In this document: in pieces, positions 62,672 to 64,000 of the stretch
How the letters are laid out: the number at the start of each line of letters is the position of its first letter
Position numbering within the stretch: position 1 is the first letter of the stretch
The notes under the pieces: model-generated
The model's database searches: none
Told to the model about the DNA's origin: nothing
What the model saw: the letters and a program-made list of their open reading frames with translations, nothing else
Translations under genes and position numbers: made by a program
NCBI RefSeq assembly: GCF_006345805.1
Contig: NC_043013.1
Location: 17,484,001 to 17,548,000 of the forward strand
Direction: 5' to 3'
DNA length: 64,000 nucleotides
Source of the DNA: Octopus sinensis
Taxonomy: Eukaryota

Positions 62672-62777
62672 ATAAAGACACATGTTTCGAGGCTATATTT
62701 AATAAATGATTATAGTAAAAATATTAGTAGTAGTAGTAAAATCACTTCAATATAAATATAGCCACTCATCAGATTAA
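62672..62777 (-). ncRNA. Hammerhead-like motif with long stem II, core intact, weak stem I
   Basis: Minus strand: CUGAUGA (62772-62766), G-U-GGCUAUAUUUA...UAAAUAUAGCC-U-C, GAAA (62688-85), CAUGUG, UC (GUC triplet). Confidence 0.55.
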
Positions 62778-63037
62778 AAATAACTACAATAATAAAATAA
62801 TTAATTAATAAATATATGTAAATAATCCTTTAAAATACAAATATATTCTTATAATATATATATGTATGTATATATATATATATAAGATACAAAATATACA
62901 TTAAGTGAAAACTAAATACAACACTTTAAACTATATACATTAAATCAAATTATTAATATATTTATTTAATAAACATCCAAATACAGTCTAATACCCATTA
63001 AGCAATTGATACTAAAAACCTTAAAATTAATTAATAT

Positions 63038-63643
63038 ACACAATGCTAGTACAAGCCATAAATACTGGAATCAAAAATAAGAATTAGTTCAAATATAGAC
63101 ACACCCATTATATAAACTAACTATATAATTAATATATATGTAGTATCTATAGATTTAATATATCACTCAATAATATAGTTGACCAAAATATCAATATTAA
63201 AGCTAATTTACTTAAATGTAATACTACTTGATAAATATACCACCTAATTATTAAATAATGTATTGTCTAACAAAATTAATTCTCAAATTAAATTATATAT
63301 AATACGTTAAATCCCTTTATAAAAATAATGATAAAGCATTCTAAATAAATAGATATCATAATTAATAACTATCATAACTTATAACTATCAATATATATAA
63401 ATATAATAATATTTCAACAACAATAATAATAACAATAATAATCAAACCCAATATAATTCAAAAGTCAAATAATATTTATAAGCAAAAACTGTTACTTTGC
63501 TTGTCAATGACACAATGCTAGTACAAGCCATAAATACTGGAATCAAAAATAAGAAATGGTTCAAATATAGACACACCCATTATATAAACTAACTATAGAA
63601 TTAATATATATGTAGTATCTATAGATTTAATATATCACTCAAT
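63038..63643 (+). repeat. 134-bp direct repeat (63038-63171 and 63510-63643), 472 bp apart
   Basis: Near-identical ACACAATGCTAGTACAAGCC...ATATCACTCAAT with about 3 substitutions. Confidence 0.92.
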
Positions 63644-64000
63644 GGTTGAGTAGAGAGGAGGTGAAATATAAGTTACATATGGAACAATACACTGCGTGTT
63701 TACTGATCCACTCCACTGACCACAAGCCTGCTAGAAATAGCAACCTAATCTCCCTCAAACCATATTGTCTTAAATAAAGGACATATTAAAAATGTATTCT
63801 ATTACCCCTAAAGGTACAGAGTAACCATGGATAAAATTGCTTTTGGTTAGAGATCAGTTTGATGAAGGACACTAAAGTAATACAAAATTGTCATTAGTGA
63901 AAACAGCAACTAAATACTTGCTGTGACAGTTGAACTCAGGACTTTTGTGCTGACAATTTAAATTCACCTCTGTTCAGCTCCTCTTCCTGGCGCCTAAACC

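Overview
This is AT-rich, repeat-dense eukaryotic DNA; the SINE and microsatellite repertoire points to a coleoid cephalopod, most likely Octopus (inference). The only well-supported host gene is the 3' part of HGS/Hrs (ESCRT-0) on the + strand. It has six GT-AG exons from 8531 to 22090 that splice in frame to about 490 aa, with the PSAP motif, the GAT/coiled-coil core and the C-terminal LISFD clathrin box; the VHS/FYVE/UIM exons were not found and presumably lie upstream of the window. A possible first exon of a second gene lies at 42976-43042, downstream of a GTCACGTGAC palindrome. The rest is tRNA-derived SINEs, LINE remnants (CR1-like, RTE tail, RLE-type), a Ty3/Gypsy pol remnant, mariner/hAT/piggyBac MITEs, foldback elements and long TA/TG microsatellites, which generate most of the spurious long ORFs. 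The most notable unexplained signal is a set of type I hammerhead-ribozyme motifs. One minimal copy has an intact core and stems (45686-45723, minus strand), several copies have an unusually long stem II (25613, 51504, 52278, 62672), and others are decayed. Several lie about 25-190 nt upstream of a (TA)n tract and next to inverted duplications, as expected of Penelope-like/retrozyme-type non-autonomous retroelements. Ribozyme activity is inferred from sequence only.
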